Part shown: positions 1-11,029 of the stretch, piece by piece
Layout: each line of letters opens with the position of its first letter
Position numbering within the stretch: position 1 is the stretch's first letter
Source: an uncultured Gammaproteobacteria bacterium
GTDB lineage: Bacteria; Pseudomonadota; Gammaproteobacteria; GCA-001735895
Direction: 5' to 3'
Assembly (NCBI GenBank): GCA_963835795.1
Contig: CAWIHJ010000050.1
Coordinates: 12,849 to 76,848 of the forward strand
DNA length: 64,000 nt
The notes under the pieces: model-generated
The model's input: only the letters and a program-made list of their open reading frames with translations
The model's database searches: none
What the model was told of the DNA's origin: nothing
Position numbers and translations under genes: made by a program

Positions 1-682
1 TGCGCTGTGCCAGCGTGAGTTGAATGTCACCCGTGCCGGGTGGCAAATCGATGATCAGGTAATCGACACCACTCCATTTCGTGTCGTTTAGCAATTGCTC
101 GAGCGCCTGGGTCACCATCGGACCGCGCCAGATCATCGGTGTATCCTCTTCGATGAGGTAACCGATGGACATCGATTGCACGCCGTGACCGATCATCGGC
201 TCCAGGCTCTTGCCATCGCTGGATTCGGGCTGACCACTGCAACCCAGCATGCGTGGAATGCTGGGGCCATAAATGTCCGCATCGAGAATGCCCACCGTCG
301 CACCCTCGGCCTGCAGCGCCAGCGCCAGGTTTACCGCCGTGGTGGATTTACCAACACCGCCCTTGCCCGAGGCAACGGCGATGATGTTCTTGATGCCCAC
401 CAGCGGCTTCAGATTTTGTTGCACCGCATGCGACTTGATCTGGCTGGCCACCGTCACTGCAACGCTTCCCATCCCTTCGATACCACCCACCGCGGTTTCG
501 ATTTGCTGTTTCAGTTCATCAAAGTAACCGGCAGCCGGGTAACCCAGCAAAATCTCGATAGCGCATCCATCGCCAACCAGTTCAATCGACTTGACGGCCT
601 TGCTGCTGACCAGGTCGGATTCCATGTTGGGGTCGATAATCTGACCCAGTTGCGCTTCAATCTGTGCTTTATCAATCGCCAT
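1..682 (-). CDS. apbC: Fe-S cluster carrier ATPase Mrp/ApbC (N-terminal part; the C-terminus runs off the left edge)
   Basis: Hand translation of the minus strand from the ATG at 682..680 gives MAIDKAQIEAQLGQIIDPNMESDL... It contains the Walker A GKGGVGKST and DLPPGTGDIQLTLAQ. The ORF is open at the window edge, so it is missing from the track. It is divergent from metG as in E. coli. Confidence 0.9.
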   Translation of the reverse strand, partial: MAIDKAQIEAQLGQIIDPNMESDLVSSKAVKSIELVGDGCAIEILLGYPAAGYFDELKQQIETAVGGIEGMGSVAVTVASQIKSHAVQQNLKPLVGIKNIIAVASGKGGVGKSTTAVNLALALQAEGATVGILDADIYGPSIPRMLGCSGQPESSDGKSLEPMIGHGVQSMSIGYLIEEDTPMIWRGPMVTQALEQLLNDTKWSGVDYLIIDLPPGTGDIQLTLAQR

Positions 683-871
683 TGGTTTTCAAAGGTTCTA
701 GGTTAGGGGTTGGAGCGCGCATTTTACCCGAGGCGGTTACAAAATATCACTTAGTTTTTATGCGCTTGTTTGCCGCCAACCCAGGCGGGCCGATTATTAC
801 CTTGCTTGACAACGGGCCCAGCACCTAAAATACGCTGCTTTACTCTATCGCTAGCAGGGCCAGCCATTTCC

Positions 872-2917
872 ATGAGCTCAAATCCCCGCCAAATCCTGGT
901 CACCAGCGCATTACCCTATGCCAATGGTCCGATCCACATTGGCCACATGCTCGAATATGTGCAAACCGACATCTGGGTGCGCTTTCAAAAGTTGCGCGGC
1001 CACGATTGTGTTTATGTCTGCGCCGACGATGCACACGGCACCCCGATCATGCTGCGCGCCCAGGCGGAAGGCATTACGCCGGAAGTGTTGATCGAGCGCA
1101 TGCACAAGGAGCACCTGCAGGACTTCACCGATTTCGGTGTGGCCTTCGACAACTACTACAGCACCCACTCGGACGAGAATCGCCATTTCGCCGAGCTCAT
1201 CTACACGCGTCTGCGCGACGCCGGACACATTCGCACCCGCGTTATCTCGCAGGCATACGATCCGAAGGCGGAAATGTTTCTGCCCGACCGTTTCATCAAG
1301 GGCGAATGCCCGAACTGCGGCGCCAGCGACCAGTATGGCGACAATTGTGAAAACTGCGGCGCCACCTACGATCCTACCGAACTGAAAAATCCCATCTCGG
1401 TGGTCAGCGGTGAAGCTCCGATCGCAAAGGACTCGGAGCAGTATTTCTTCAAGCTGGAAGACTTTGAAGACATGCTCAAGCAGTGGACGCGTGCCGGTCA
1501 CATCCAGACCGAGATCGCCAACAAGATGGACGAATGGCTCGAAGAGGGTTTGAAGGACTGGGACATTTCACGCAACGCGCCTTACTGGGGCTTCGAGATC
1601 CCGGACGCACCCGGCAAGTACTTTTACGTCTGGCTGGACGCCCCCATCGGCTACATGGCAAGCCACCAGAACTGGTGCGCGGCCAATGGCAAGGATTTCG
1701 ACCACTACTGGCGTGAAGATAGCGAAGCGGAGTTGCATCACTTCATCGGCAAGGACATCGCCCGCTTTCACACGCTGTTCTGGCCGGCCATGCTGCACGG
1801 CGCCGGGTTTCGCAAGCCGACCGCGGTTTACTGCCATGGCTTTCTCACCGTGGACGGGCAAAAGATGTCCAAGTCGCGCGGCACCTTTATCATGGCGCGC
1901 ACCTATCTCGATCACCTCAACCCGGAATACCTGCGTTACTACTTTGCCGCCAAGCTCGGGCCGGGGGTCGATGACATCGATCTCAACCTCGAGGATTTCA
2001 CCGCCCGCGTCAATTCCGACCTGGTCGGCAAAGTGGTCAACATTGCCAGCCGCTGTGCGGGCTTCATCAACAAGCGCTTCGACGGCAAGCTGGCAGCCAG
2101 CCTGGTCGACGACGGCCTCAATCAGCAATGCCTGGCGACTGCTGAAGGCATCGCCGGGTTCTACGAAAAACGCGAGTTCGGCAAGGCGATGCGCGACATC
2201 ATGGCGCTCGCCGACAAGGTCAACCAGTACATCGACGAAAAACAGCCCTGGGTGCTCATCAAGGATCCCGAACGCGCCGCCGAAGTACAGGATATCTGCA
2301 CCATAGGCCTGAACGGCTTTCGTCAACTGGTGATCCTGTTGAAGCCTGTACTGCCCGAACTCGCCGGCAAGGCCGAGGAATTTCTGAATGTCCAGAACCT
2401 GATGTGGGCCGATCTCGGGAACAATCTGCTGGACCACGACATCAACCGTTTCAACCCACTGATGACGCGTATCGAACCGGTGTTTATCGAGCGCATGATC
2501 GAAACCACCAGGACCGATCTAATCGCCGAGCAGAAAATCCAGCAAGGCGCTTCTGATACCTCGGCCGATGTCTCCATTGAAGCCATCGCACCCGAGATCA
2601 GCTACGATGACTTCGCCAAACTGGATTTTCGCATCGCCAAAATCGTGGCCGCCAAACGCGTGGAAAAATCGGATCGCCTGCTGCAACTGACGCTCGATAT
2701 CGGCGGCGAGACCCGCAACGTGTTTGCCGGCCTCGCGGGCGCCTACCAGCCCGAAGACCTGGAAGGCAAGCTGACGGTGATGGTCGCAAACCTGGCCCCG
2801 CGTAAAATGCGTTTTGGTGTTTCCGAAGGTATGGTACTGGCAGCGGGCAGCGGCGAAATCGACCTGTTTGTACTGCACCCCGATTCGGGCGCCAAACCGG
2901 GAATGCGAGTCAGTTAA
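872..2917 (+). CDS. metG: methionyl-tRNA synthetase
   Basis: Track ORF 770..2917. The internal ATG at 872 gives [25 protein letters not shown] (HIGH motif). The KMSKS motif, the zinc knuckle CPNCG...CENCG and a C-terminal tRNA-binding domain are present. Confidence 0.95.
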   Translation: MSSNPRQILVTSALPYANGPIHIGHMLEYVQTDIWVRFQKLRGHDCVYVCADDAHGTPIMLRAQAEGITPEVLIERMHKEHLQDFTDFGVAFDNYYSTHSDENRHFAELIYTRLRDAGHIRTRVISQAYDPKAEMFLPDRFIKGECPNCGASDQYGDNCENCGATYDPTELKNPISVVSGEAPIAKDSEQYFFKLEDFEDMLKQWTRAGHIQTEIANKMDEWLEEGLKDWDISRNAPYWGFEIPDAPGKYFYVWLDAPIGYMASHQNWCAANGKDFDHYWREDSEAELHHFIGKDIARFHTLFWPAMLHGAGFRKPTAVYCHGFLTVDGQKMSKSRGTFIMARTYLDHLNPEYLRYYFAAKLGPGVDDIDLNLEDFTARVNSDLVGKVVNIASRCAGFINKRFDGKLAASLVDDGLNQQCLATAEGIAGFYEKREFGKAMRDIMALADKVNQYIDEKQPWVLIKDPERAAEVQDICTIGLNGFRQLVILLKPVLPELAGKAEEFLNVQNLMWADLGNNLLDHDINRFNPLMTRIEPVFIERMIETTRTDLIAEQKIQQGASDTSADVSIEAIAPEISYDDFAKLDFRIAKIVAAKRVEKSDRLLQLTLDIGGETRNVFAGLAGAYQPEDLEGKLTVMVANLAPRKMRFGVSEGMVLAAGSGEIDLFVLHPDSGAKPGMRVS

Positions 2918-4180
2918 TTGCGTCTTTGCCTGTACGCCACCGCTTTGCTCCTGTGGTGGGTGTTTGCCGCGCCCGCGCTGGCGCTCGATTCCAGGGAAAT
3001 CTACCAGCAAAACCAGGATCGCGTGTTCCAGGTGCGCGTCCTCAACCGCGAAACCGGCAAAAAATCGAGTATCGGTTCGGGGTTCATCGTCGGCGATGGC
3101 CACCAGCTGGCGACTAACTATCACGTCATCAGCCAGGTCATCCAGGAACCTGAACTGTTTTACATCACCTATACCAACAATGACGGCGAGGAAGGGGAAC
3201 TCAAGCTGTTGGTCATGGATGTCGCCCACGACCTGGCATTGCTGGGTTCGGCAACACGCCTGGGTAAGCCCATCGAAATGAGCGAGCTGCCACCGAGTGG
3301 CGCATCGATCTTCGCCATGGGTAACCCTCTCGATCTGGGCCTGACCATCGCAGTCGGTACCAACGGCGGCATTCTCAACCAGACCGACGACAGCCGCATC
3401 CTGTTTTCCGGCAGCCTCAATCCCGGCATGAGCGGCGGCCCAACCTTCGACGCACAGGGCGCGGCCATCGGCATAAACGTCGCCACCGCGCGCAACGCCA
3501 TCAGTTTTATCGTGCCGTCCCGCTTTCTCTTCGAACTGATCGAACGCGCCGGGCAAAATCGTTACGACCAGGATACCGATTTGAAGGCTGAAGTCGCAGC
3601 CCAGGTGCTGGCTTACGAAAAAAATTACGTTGCGCAATTGTTAGCGGCTGAATGGCCGCGCCTGGAATTACGCCAGTTCAAACTGCCGGAGGTCATTTCG
3701 CCGACGGTACGCTGCTGGGACAACAGCGCGAAGCTGAGCGGGATTGCGCGTTACAAACGCTACCAGATTCGCTGCGCCAATCAGAACCATGTCTACCTCG
3801 ACGCCGACAACAATTTCGTCGGCCGCCTGGTTTACGAGTATTACTGGCTCGAGTCCGAAGAACTCAATGCAATTCAGTTTTACAACCTCTACGAAAGCCT
3901 CAACAAGGATCAGATCGACTCCAGGCCGGATCGTGACATCGCCACCAATTTCAACTGTAAAACCTGGTTTGTCGATGTCTCGTCGCAGCAGTTTAAAACC
4001 AACCTGTGCCGGCGCGAATATCGCGAGTACCCTGGAATGAGCGACCTGCTGTTTACCGCTGCGCTCACGGGTCATGCCAACAAGGGGTTTTTCATCACCC
4101 TGTCGCTGACCGGCGTGGATTATGAATCGAGCTTGCCGTTGATTCAGAAATTCCTGGAAAACAGCGAATGGATTCAGTGA
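2918..4180 (+). CDS. secreted trypsin-like (S1/DegP-fold) serine protease with an unassigned Cys-containing C-terminal domain of about 220 aa
   Basis: The TTG start lies immediately after the metG stop. The signal-like N-terminus is MRLCLYATALLLWWVFAAPALA. Protease motifs are GSGFIVGDGHQLATNYHV, DLALL and GSLNPGMSGGPTFD. I saw no PDZ-like segment. Confidence 0.75.
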   Translation: MRLCLYATALLLWWVFAAPALALDSREIYQQNQDRVFQVRVLNRETGKKSSIGSGFIVGDGHQLATNYHVISQVIQEPELFYITYTNNDGEEGELKLLVMDVAHDLALLGSATRLGKPIEMSELPPSGASIFAMGNPLDLGLTIAVGTNGGILNQTDDSRILFSGSLNPGMSGGPTFDAQGAAIGINVATARNAISFIVPSRFLFELIERAGQNRYDQDTDLKAEVAAQVLAYEKNYVAQLLAAEWPRLELRQFKLPEVISPTVRCWDNSAKLSGIARYKRYQIRCANQNHVYLDADNNFVGRLVYEYYWLESEELNAIQFYNLYESLNKDQIDSRPDRDIATNFNCKTWFVDVSSQQFKTNLCRREYREYPGMSDLLFTAALTGHANKGFFITLSLTGVDYESSLPLIQKFLENSEWIQ

Positions 4181-5124
4181 TACTGGAAATCATGGTGCGC
4201 GATCTGCATCGCTACGAGCCGATCAAACCCGGCACGACCACCGTCGGACGCGCTCTCGATAACGACATCATCCTCTCCGATCCCACCGTCGCCCCACACC
4301 ATTTGCGCATCGAATACCATGCCGATCATTCGCTTGAGCTGGTGAATCTCGCCGAAGTCAATCCGACGCGGGTCGACGGACAATCGATCGATTCGAAAAC
4401 GCTCGAAAGCCTGCCCGTGTTGATCGAAACCGGGCGCGTGCGGGCACGCCTGTTGCCCCGCGATCACCCGGTCGCCGCCACGCGGCAGCTGGCCGCCAAT
4501 GGCAATCGACGAAATCTGTTCGGACATCCGGGCTGGATTATTGTGCTGTTAACGGGCTGCTTGCTGGTCGGTGGCCTGGAGTTTTACCTGAACGCCTACA
4601 ACAGCTTCAAGTGGGTCGATTTGCTGAAATATCTGTTGCGCGAAACCATATTGACCATTGGCGCATTCGCACTGGCGCTGTCGGTACTCGAGCGCCTGCT
4701 GGTAAATCGCTGGGAAATCCGCCAACTGCTGACCTCGGTGTGCCTGGTTTTCCTGTTGTACAGCTTGCTCTCGACGTTTGCCGGCGAGCTCGATTACCTG
4801 TTGTCGGCTAGCTGGCCCAGCACCTGGCTGTACTTCGGCTGGTACCTGACCGCCATCCCGGTGGCGATCGCACTCTACCTCGTGCACATCTCGCATTTAT
4901 CGCGTGGACGCGCTTATTTACTGGCATTGCTGATTGCCAGCCCAATCTCTCTGCCGTCGATTCTGCAAAGTTCGCAGCTGCGTGCGCTGTTCGACGGTTT
5001 CAGCCCCGCGGCCAGATATCACAGCCGGCTCAGTTACGTCAACTGGCAGCTGCGCGCCAGCGTCGATATCGAAACCTTCATCCAGCAGGCAAAAACGCTT
5101 GAACCGGGAACGCCTGCCGACTGA
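4168..5124 (+). CDS. FHA-domain protein with a polytopic membrane C-terminus
   Basis: The N-terminus TTVGRALDNDIILSDPTVAPHHLRIEY...NPTRVDG is a typical FHA core. It is followed by several hydrophobic helices. The gene overlaps the protease gene by 13 nt. An alternative ATG lies at 4192. Confidence 0.7.
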   Translation: MDSVILEIMVRDLHRYEPIKPGTTTVGRALDNDIILSDPTVAPHHLRIEYHADHSLELVNLAEVNPTRVDGQSIDSKTLESLPVLIETGRVRARLLPRDHPVAATRQLAANGNRRNLFGHPGWIIVLLTGCLLVGGLEFYLNAYNSFKWVDLLKYLLRETILTIGAFALALSVLERLLVNRWEIRQLLTSVCLVFLLYSLLSTFAGELDYLLSASWPSTWLYFGWYLTAIPVAIALYLVHISHLSRGRAYLLALLIASPISLPSILQSSQLRALFDGFSPAARYHSRLSYVNWQLRASVDIETFIQQAKTLEPGTPAD

Positions 5125-5126
5125 AC

Positions 5127-5155
5127 GCGCATATCTGCGCTGCGCTTTATTTATT
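5127..5155 (+). terminator. weak hairpin plus T-rich tail after the FHA gene
   Basis: gcgca-tatc-tgcgc is followed by tgcgctttatttatt. The stem is short. Confidence 0.3.
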
Positions 5156-5223
5156 AACAGATTTAATAAAGACCTCAGGTAAATCCTGTATTTTTCGGGC
5201 ATGGCAGGCCTTATAATCCCGCC

Positions 5224-5805
5224 ATGCCAGAATACCTGTTACTTTTGATCGGCACCGTGTTCGTCAACAACATCGTGTTGGTGAAGTTCCTTGGGCTGTG
5301 CCCGTTCATGGGGGTATCGCGCAAAGTCGAAACCGCGATCGGCATGAGTGCGGCAACCACCTTCGTGCTGACTCTGTCGGCCATCCTCAGTTACCTGATC
5401 AACAGCTGGGTACTGGCGCCGCTGGGGCTCGAGTATCTGCGCACCATCGCCTTTATCATCGCCATTGCCGCGGTCGTCAATTTCACCGAAATGGTCGTGC
5501 ACAAGACCAGCCCACTGCTGTATAACGTGCTCGGAATTTTCCTGCCATTGATTACCACCAATTGCGCGGTACTCGGAGTCGCCCTGATCAACGTGCAGGA
5601 ACAGAACAGTTTTTTCGAGTCGGTCATTTACGGCTTCGGCGCTGCGCTTGGATTCTCGCTGGTGCTGATCCTGTTCGCCGCGATGCGTGAACGCATCAAC
5701 GTCGCCGACGTACCCCAGCCCTTCCGCGGCTCCGCCATCGGCCTGATCACCGCGGGACTGATGTCGTTGGCTTTTATGGGTCTAGCCGGGCTGGTAAGAG
5801 CATAG
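5224..5805 (+). CDS. rnfA: Rnf/Rsx electron transport complex subunit A
   Basis: [32 protein letters not shown]... is polytopic and begins the rnfABCDGE order. Confidence 0.93.
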   Translation: MPEYLLLLIGTVFVNNIVLVKFLGLCPFMGVSRKVETAIGMSAATTFVLTLSAILSYLINSWVLAPLGLEYLRTIAFIIAIAAVVNFTEMVVHKTSPLLYNVLGIFLPLITTNCAVLGVALINVQEQNSFFESVIYGFGAALGFSLVLILFAAMRERINVADVPQPFRGSAIGLITAGLMSLAFMGLAGLVRA

Positions 5806-5956
5806 CCTGCAGCTTGCATCAGTCGGTCTTGGTACTTGATATCACTTTGTAAACAATGAGAACAAAATAATGGTTATACAGGCACAAACAAAATATCAGG
5901 TAGTCAATTACCCAAGCCCCACCGCGCTCCTGACTGGCCCAGATGCAGGCTAGGCC

Positions 5957-6514
5957 ATGCTTCTAGCCATCCTCACCATCAGCCTGATGGCCGGACTGTT
6001 TGGCCTGGGCCTCGGCTATGCGGCGATTCGCTTCAAGGTTGAAGGCAATCCGGTGGTTGAACAAATCGATGCGTTACTGCCGCAAACCCAGTGTGGTCAA
6101 TGCACCTATCCCGGTTGCCGCCCCTATGCCGAGGCCATCGCCAACGGTGAAGCGCCAATCAACCAGTGCCCACCCGGCGGCCAGGCAACCATTGTTGCAC
6201 TCGCCGATTTGCTCGATACCGAAGTGCTGGAACTGAACGCCGAACACGGCGAGCATCTCGAGGTACCCCTGCTCGCGGTGATCGATGAACAAACCTGTAT
6301 CGGTTGCACGCTGTGTATCCAGGCCTGCCCGGTGGACGCGATCCTCGGTTCCGCCAAGCACATGCACACCGTGATCGCCGACGAGTGCACCGGTTGCAAG
6401 CTGTGCCTGCCACCCTGCCCGGTCGATTGCATCGACATGGTGCCGGCGCCGCAAACCATCGAAGACTGGAAGTGGGTGGCGCCCCGAGCGCTGGCGCCGC
6501 TGCGCGATGCGTAA
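5957..6514 (+). CDS. rnfB: Rnf complex subunit B (ferredoxin-like)
   Basis: It has an N-terminal TM helix, [15 protein letters not shown], and two 4Fe-4S motifs ([12 protein letters not shown] and [12 protein letters not shown]). Confidence 0.9.
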   Translation: MLLAILTISLMAGLFGLGLGYAAIRFKVEGNPVVEQIDALLPQTQCGQCTYPGCRPYAEAIANGEAPINQCPPGGQATIVALADLLDTEVLELNAEHGEHLEVPLLAVIDEQTCIGCTLCIQACPVDAILGSAKHMHTVIADECTGCKLCLPPCPVDCIDMVPAPQTIEDWKWVAPRALAPLRDA

Positions 6515-8066
6515 ATTGCATCGCTTCCACGGGGGCCTGAAGCTCGACGGGCACAAGTCCGAATCCCTGGTCCGTGGCCTGCAACAGGCGAGCCTGCCGC
6601 CGCAACTGATTTTGCCGCTGAAACAGCATATCGGTGAATACAACAAGCCGCTGGTCGAAGTCGGCGACCGAGTACTCAAAGGTCATATTATTGCCGCTAA
6701 TACGTCGCTGTATTGCGCGCACTTTGCATGCTCCAACCTCAGGCCGCATAGCGGCAATCGACAACTACCCGGTAGCGCATCCGTCGGGACAGAGCGATAC
6801 CTGCATTGTCATCGACGTCGATGGCAAAGACGAAGCCGCCGCAGCGGTACTGCCCGACCTGCAGGTACTGGACGCCGGGCAAATGATCGAGCTGATCTGC
6901 CGCGCCGGTATCGTCGGCCTTGGCGGTGCGGCATTCCCGATCCACGCCCAAGCTTGCGCGCGGCAATTCGCAGGGCATCGACACGCTGATCATCAACGGT
7001 GTCGAATGCGAACCCTATATCACCTGCGATGACATCCTGATGCGTCACTACGCGGCCGAAGTGGTGCGTGGAATCGGATACCTGCAGCGCATATTGCAGC
7101 CGAGCACCACCTTGATCGCCATCGAAGACAACAAACCGGAAGCCAGCGCGGCGTTGGCGGGTGCACTCGATAAGAGCGCACTGGAAAATACCGAAATCGT
7201 GATTATTCCGACGATTTACCCGTCCGGGGGTGAAAAACAGTTGATCCAGATACTCACCGGCAAGGAAGTTCCACACGGCAAGCTGGCGTTCGACATCGGC
7301 CTTTTCTGCCAGAACGTCGGCACCTGTGTCGCCATCACCCGCGCCCTCGAACAGGATCAACCGCTGATATCGCGCGTGGTGACGATGAGTGGTGACAACA
7401 TTCAACAATCCGGGCAACTGGGAGGTACGCCTCGGCACACCGATCCGGCACCTGGTCGAACTCGCCGGCGGCTACCGCAACCCCGATTCGGTGCACCTGG
7501 TGATGGGCGGGCCGATGATGGGATTTTCGCTTGCGGGCGACCAGGTACCCATCGTCAAGGCCAGCAACAATATCCTGGTCATGCAGGAGCAAACCATTCC
7601 GCACAGCCCCGGCTACCATGACGAGTGCATTCGCTGCAGCAAATGCACCGAGGTTTGCCCGGCCAACCTGTTGCCGCAACAACTCTACTGGCATGCGCGT
7701 GCCAAGGCCTGGGAGAGCACCCAGGAGTTCCACCTGTTCGATTGCATCGAGTGCGGGTGCTGCTCCGCGGTTTGCCCGAGCGGCATTCCGCTGGTGCAGT
7801 ATTATCGCGCGGCGAAAAGCGAAATCCGTGCGGCGCAGAAGGCACAGGTCAAGTCGGATCACGCGCGCCTGCGCTTCGAATTTCGCGAGCGTCGACTGCT
7901 GCTGAAAAAACAGCAGGAGGAAGAACGGCGGCGGTTGAAACGCGAGGCCCTGCAGCAAAAACGCGCCCAACCGGGCGAGGAGACCAGTGCGCCCGATCCA
8001 GTACAGGCCGCGCTGGAACGGGTCAAGGCGCGCAAACAGGCGAGCGAACAGGAAGAAGCCTCGTGA
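6507..8066 (+). pseudogene. rnfC: Rnf complex subunit C, interrupted by three apparent frameshifts (sequencing error not excluded)
   Basis: The product is spread over track ORFs 6507..6989 ([17 protein letters not shown]...VGDRVLKGH), 6634..7032 (HAPTSGRIAAIDN...GLGGAAFP), 6920..7621 (GIDTLIINGVECEPYITCDD...RVVTMSGDNI) and 7389..8066 (NPGNWEVRLGTPI, CIRCSKCTEVCP, CIECGCCSAVCP). Frame changes fall near 6700-6720, 6947-6949 (a ccc run) and 7400-7406. Confidence 0.8.
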
Positions 8067-9085
8067 GCAGCGTATTTGTTTCCTCGCCCTATGTAGCACC
8101 GGGCAATTCGCTGAAGCGCTTGATGATCCAGGTGATCATCGCGTTACTGCCCGGCACCCTGGTCTATGCCTGGCATTTCGGTCCGGGCGTGTTGATCAAC
8201 GTCGTGCTCGCCATTTTGTTTGCGTTGATGTTCGAGGCGTCGATTCTGAAGATGCGCGCGCGGCCGGTGATGCCGCATCTCACCGATTTCAGCGCCGTGG
8301 TGGCCGCCTGGTTGTTCGCGCTTTGCCTGCCGATGCATTCGCCGTGGTGGCTGGTGCTGGTGGGCATCGGCTTTACCATGATTGCCGGCAAGCATCTTTA
8401 CGGTGGCCTCGGCTTCAACCCTTTCAACCCGGCGATGGTCGGCTACGTGGTGTTGCTGATCTCGTTTCCGCGCGAAATGACCACCTGGTATCTACCCGGA
8501 TCGGTCAGCGGCACCACGCTGTCGCTCAGCGATGCGCTGGCTTACAGTTTTAGCGGAATCGACACAGCGCAATGGGACGCGCTCAGCTCGGCCACACCAC
8601 TGGACCAGGTCAAGACGGGTATCGGCCAACAGATCGACATCAGCGATATCCGCCAGTCGCCGGTGTTCGGGCAATTCGCAGGCGTTGGCTGGGAGTGGAT
8701 CAGCCTGGCGTGGCTCGCCGGTGGCCTGTGGTTGCTGGCGACGCGCACGATACGCTGGCATATCCCGTTTGCATTGCTGCTCGGGGTCATGTCGATGGCG
8801 ACGCTGTTTTACCTGGTTGACCCGCAAAGCTATACCTCGCCACTGTTCCACCTGCTGTCGGGCGCCGTCATCATCGGTGCTTTTTTTATCGCCACCGACC
8901 CGGTTACCGCGGCGACCACCGACCGCGGTCGTATCGTCTATGGTTTGCTGATCGGTATTCTGATCTACGTGATCCGCGTCTGGGGCGGCTACCCGGACGG
9001 CGTCGCGTTTGCCGTACTGCTGGCCAACATGTGCGTGCCGTTGATCGACTATTACACCCAACCGCGGGTCTACGGCACAAAATGA
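8063..9085 (+). CDS. rnfD: Rnf complex subunit D
   Basis: The GTG at 8063 overlaps the rnfC stop. VSSVFVSSPYVAPGNSLKRLMIQVIIALLPG... is polytopic and contains the flavin-attachment-type motif SGAVIIGAFFIATDPVT. Only the C-terminal 341 aa of track ORF 7625..9085 are meaningful. Confidence 0.9.
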   Translation: MSSVFVSSPYVAPGNSLKRLMIQVIIALLPGTLVYAWHFGPGVLINVVLAILFALMFEASILKMRARPVMPHLTDFSAVVAAWLFALCLPMHSPWWLVLVGIGFTMIAGKHLYGGLGFNPFNPAMVGYVVLLISFPREMTTWYLPGSVSGTTLSLSDALAYSFSGIDTAQWDALSSATPLDQVKTGIGQQIDISDIRQSPVFGQFAGVGWEWISLAWLAGGLWLLATRTIRWHIPFALLLGVMSMATLFYLVDPQSYTSPLFHLLSGAVIIGAFFIATDPVTAATTDRGRIVYGLLIGILIYVIRVWGGYPDGVAFAVLLANMCVPLIDYYTQPRVYGTK

Positions 9086-9714
9086 TCACGCTGAATCGTC
9101 GCCAGGTTCTGCTTTCGGGTGTGTTCCTGTGGCTGTTTGCCGTCGGCGGCACCACGCTTGTCGCGCTGACCGAGTACAGCACCCGCGTGGCCATCGCCGA
9201 CAACGAACGCCAGCTGTTGCTGCGCAACCTGTACGCGTTGTTACCGCCCGAGCAACTGGACAATGATATCGCCGACGACACCCTGGAGTTGCCCGCCTCG
9301 CCGCTGCTCGGTACCGATGATGTATCACTGGTATACCGTGCACGGCGCGCCGGCGTTCCGGTTGCGATGGTCTTCAACAGCATTGCGCCGAACGGTTATA
9401 ACGGCAGGATTCACCTGCTGGTCGGGGTTTACGTCGATGGCAGCCTGGCCGGGGTGCGCATCGTCAAGCATGCCGAAACACCCGGGCTCGGCGACGCCGT
9501 GGAAGCGCGCAAATCGCCCTGGGTGCACAGCTTCGACGGCAAATCACTGGACAATCCCGGAGCCGCCGGCTGGCAGGTCAAACGCGATGGCGGCGAGTTT
9601 GACCAGTTCACCGGCGCTACCATCACCCCGCGCGCTGTGGTCCGGGCCGTGCACAACACCCTGCTTTACTATCAGGCGAACGCTGATATGATTTTTGCCG
9701 AGGATAAGCAATGA
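9082..9714 (+). CDS. rnfG: Rnf complex subunit G
   Basis: The ATG at 9082 forms an ATGA overlap with the rnfD stop. [23 protein letters not shown]... contains the FMN-binding type motif [13 protein letters not shown]. Confidence 0.88.
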   Translation: MITLNRRQVLLSGVFLWLFAVGGTTLVALTEYSTRVAIADNERQLLLRNLYALLPPEQLDNDIADDTLELPASPLLGTDDVSLVYRARRAGVPVAMVFNSIAPNGYNGRIHLLVGVYVDGSLAGVRIVKHAETPGLGDAVEARKSPWVHSFDGKSLDNPGAAGWQVKRDGGEFDQFTGATITPRAVVRAVHNTLLYYQANADMIFAEDKQ

Positions 9715-10386
9715 CGACCCGAAGCGATATCACCCGTAATGGCCTGTGGAGCAACAACGTTGCGCTGGTGCAACTGCTCGGCCTGTGCCCGCTACTGGCG
9801 GTGACCAGCACGGTGATCAATGGACTCGGGCTCGGCATCGCCACGCTGATCACCCTGGTGCTGTCGAATTCAATCGTGTCACTGATTCGCGGCTTCGTGC
9901 GCAGCGAAGTACGCTTGCCGGTTTTCGTGCTGATCATCGCCTCGGTGGTCACCATCATCGAACTCAGTATCAAGGCTATGTTTTACGATCTCTACCTGGT
10001 GCTGGGTATTTTCATTCCGCTGATCGTGACCAACTGCGCCATCATCGGCCGCGCCGAGGGATTCGCCTCGCGTAACCCGGTCGGTCCCGCTGCACTCGAC
10101 GGTCTGATGATGGGGCTTGGTTTTCTGGTGGTGCTGGTGCTGCTTGGCGGGCTGCGCGAAATCATCGGTTTCGGCACCCTGTTTGCGCAGGCCGAGTTGA
10201 TGTTTGGCGACGCCGCAGCTGCGTGGATGATCGCAGATCAATCCCGACTACCCCGGATTTCTGCTGGCCATATTACCGCCGGGCGCTTTCTTCGGGCTGG
10301 CGTTGCTGATCGTCGCCAAAAACTGGTTCGACCTGCGCCCAGCCGCAGAACCACGCCCGTCAATCGTGCCCGCAGAAAGCGCATGA
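9711..10386 (+). pseudogene. rnfE: Rnf complex subunit E with one apparent frameshift near 10229-10236
   Basis: Track ORF 9711..10457 reads as RnfE ([20 protein letters not shown]...[15 protein letters not shown]) until ...AAAWMIA. The conserved tail [33 protein letters not shown] continues in another frame and ends at the TGA at 10384..10386. Confidence 0.8.
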
Positions 10387-11028
10387 ACCGGCAAAAGCGC
10401 GAGGAAATTTTCCGCCGCCTCGGCCGCACACATCGAAAACCCGCGTTCCGACCTTGAGTACAAATCGCACTTCGAATTGCTGATCTCGGTGTTGCTGTCG
10501 GCACAGGCCACCGACGTCAGCGTCAACAAGGCGACCGCAAAACTCTACCCGCTGGCGAACACGCCGGAGGCCATGCTGGCGCTCGGCGAAGACGGCATGC
10601 GCGAGCACATCAAGACGATCGGCCTGTTCAACTCCAAGGCCAAAAATATCATCAACACCTGCAAGATCCTGATCGACCAACACGATTCGCAGGTGCCCGA
10701 CGACCGCGCCGCCCTGGAGGCCCTGCCGGGCGTCGGCCGAAAAACCGCCAATGTCATCCTCAACATCGCCTTCGGACATCCCACCATCGCGGTCGATACC
10801 CACATCTTCCGCGTCACCAATCGCAGCGGCATCGCGCCCGGTAAAAACGTGCTCGAGGTGGAAAAGAAACTGCTGCGCTTGGTACCCGATGAATTCAAGA
10901 TGGATGCTCACCACTTGCTGATCCTGCACGGCCGCTACACCTGCATTGCGCGCAAACCGCGTTGCGGCAGTTGCGTCATCGAAGACCTGTGCGAATACAG
11001 GCACAAAATTATCGACGCGGGCGCCTGA
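10383..11028 (+). pseudogene. nth: endonuclease III with one apparent frameshift near 10420-10428
   Basis: ATG 10383 ([13 protein letters not shown]) overlaps the rnfE stop as ATGA. The frame then changes into track ORF 10477..11028 ([36 protein letters not shown]...). The C-terminal 4Fe-4S cluster motif CIARKPRCGSCVIEDLC is present. Removing one g in ctcggccgc restores the frame. Confidence 0.85.
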
Positions 11029-11029
11029 C

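Noticed and set aside
95-706. A 203-aa plus-strand track ORF, and 273..527, at the left edge.
   Set aside because: They are antisense shadows of apbC. The minus-strand frame carries Walker A and Mrp motifs, while the plus-strand products are Arg/His-rich and have no motifs.
2519-3637. Long antisense ORFs opposite well-supported genes, for example 2519..3637(-), 1568..2437(-), 10360..11004(-), 20558..21376(-), 27740..28549(-), 31942..32688(+), 33233..33919(-), 38992..39957(+), 47940..48752(+) and 51493..52134(+).
   Set aside because: These are typical stop-codon-poor shadow frames of GC-rich DNA. Their translations are Arg/Gly/His/Ala-rich with no recognisable motifs, and each is fully covered by a motif-bearing gene on the other strand.
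5806-5956. A 151-bp AT-rich spacer separates rnfA and rnfB, which are usually almost contiguous.
   Set aside because: I found no ORF, hairpin, repeat or RNA-like motif in it. It is probably just an internal promoter or spacer and not worth a finding without comparative data.
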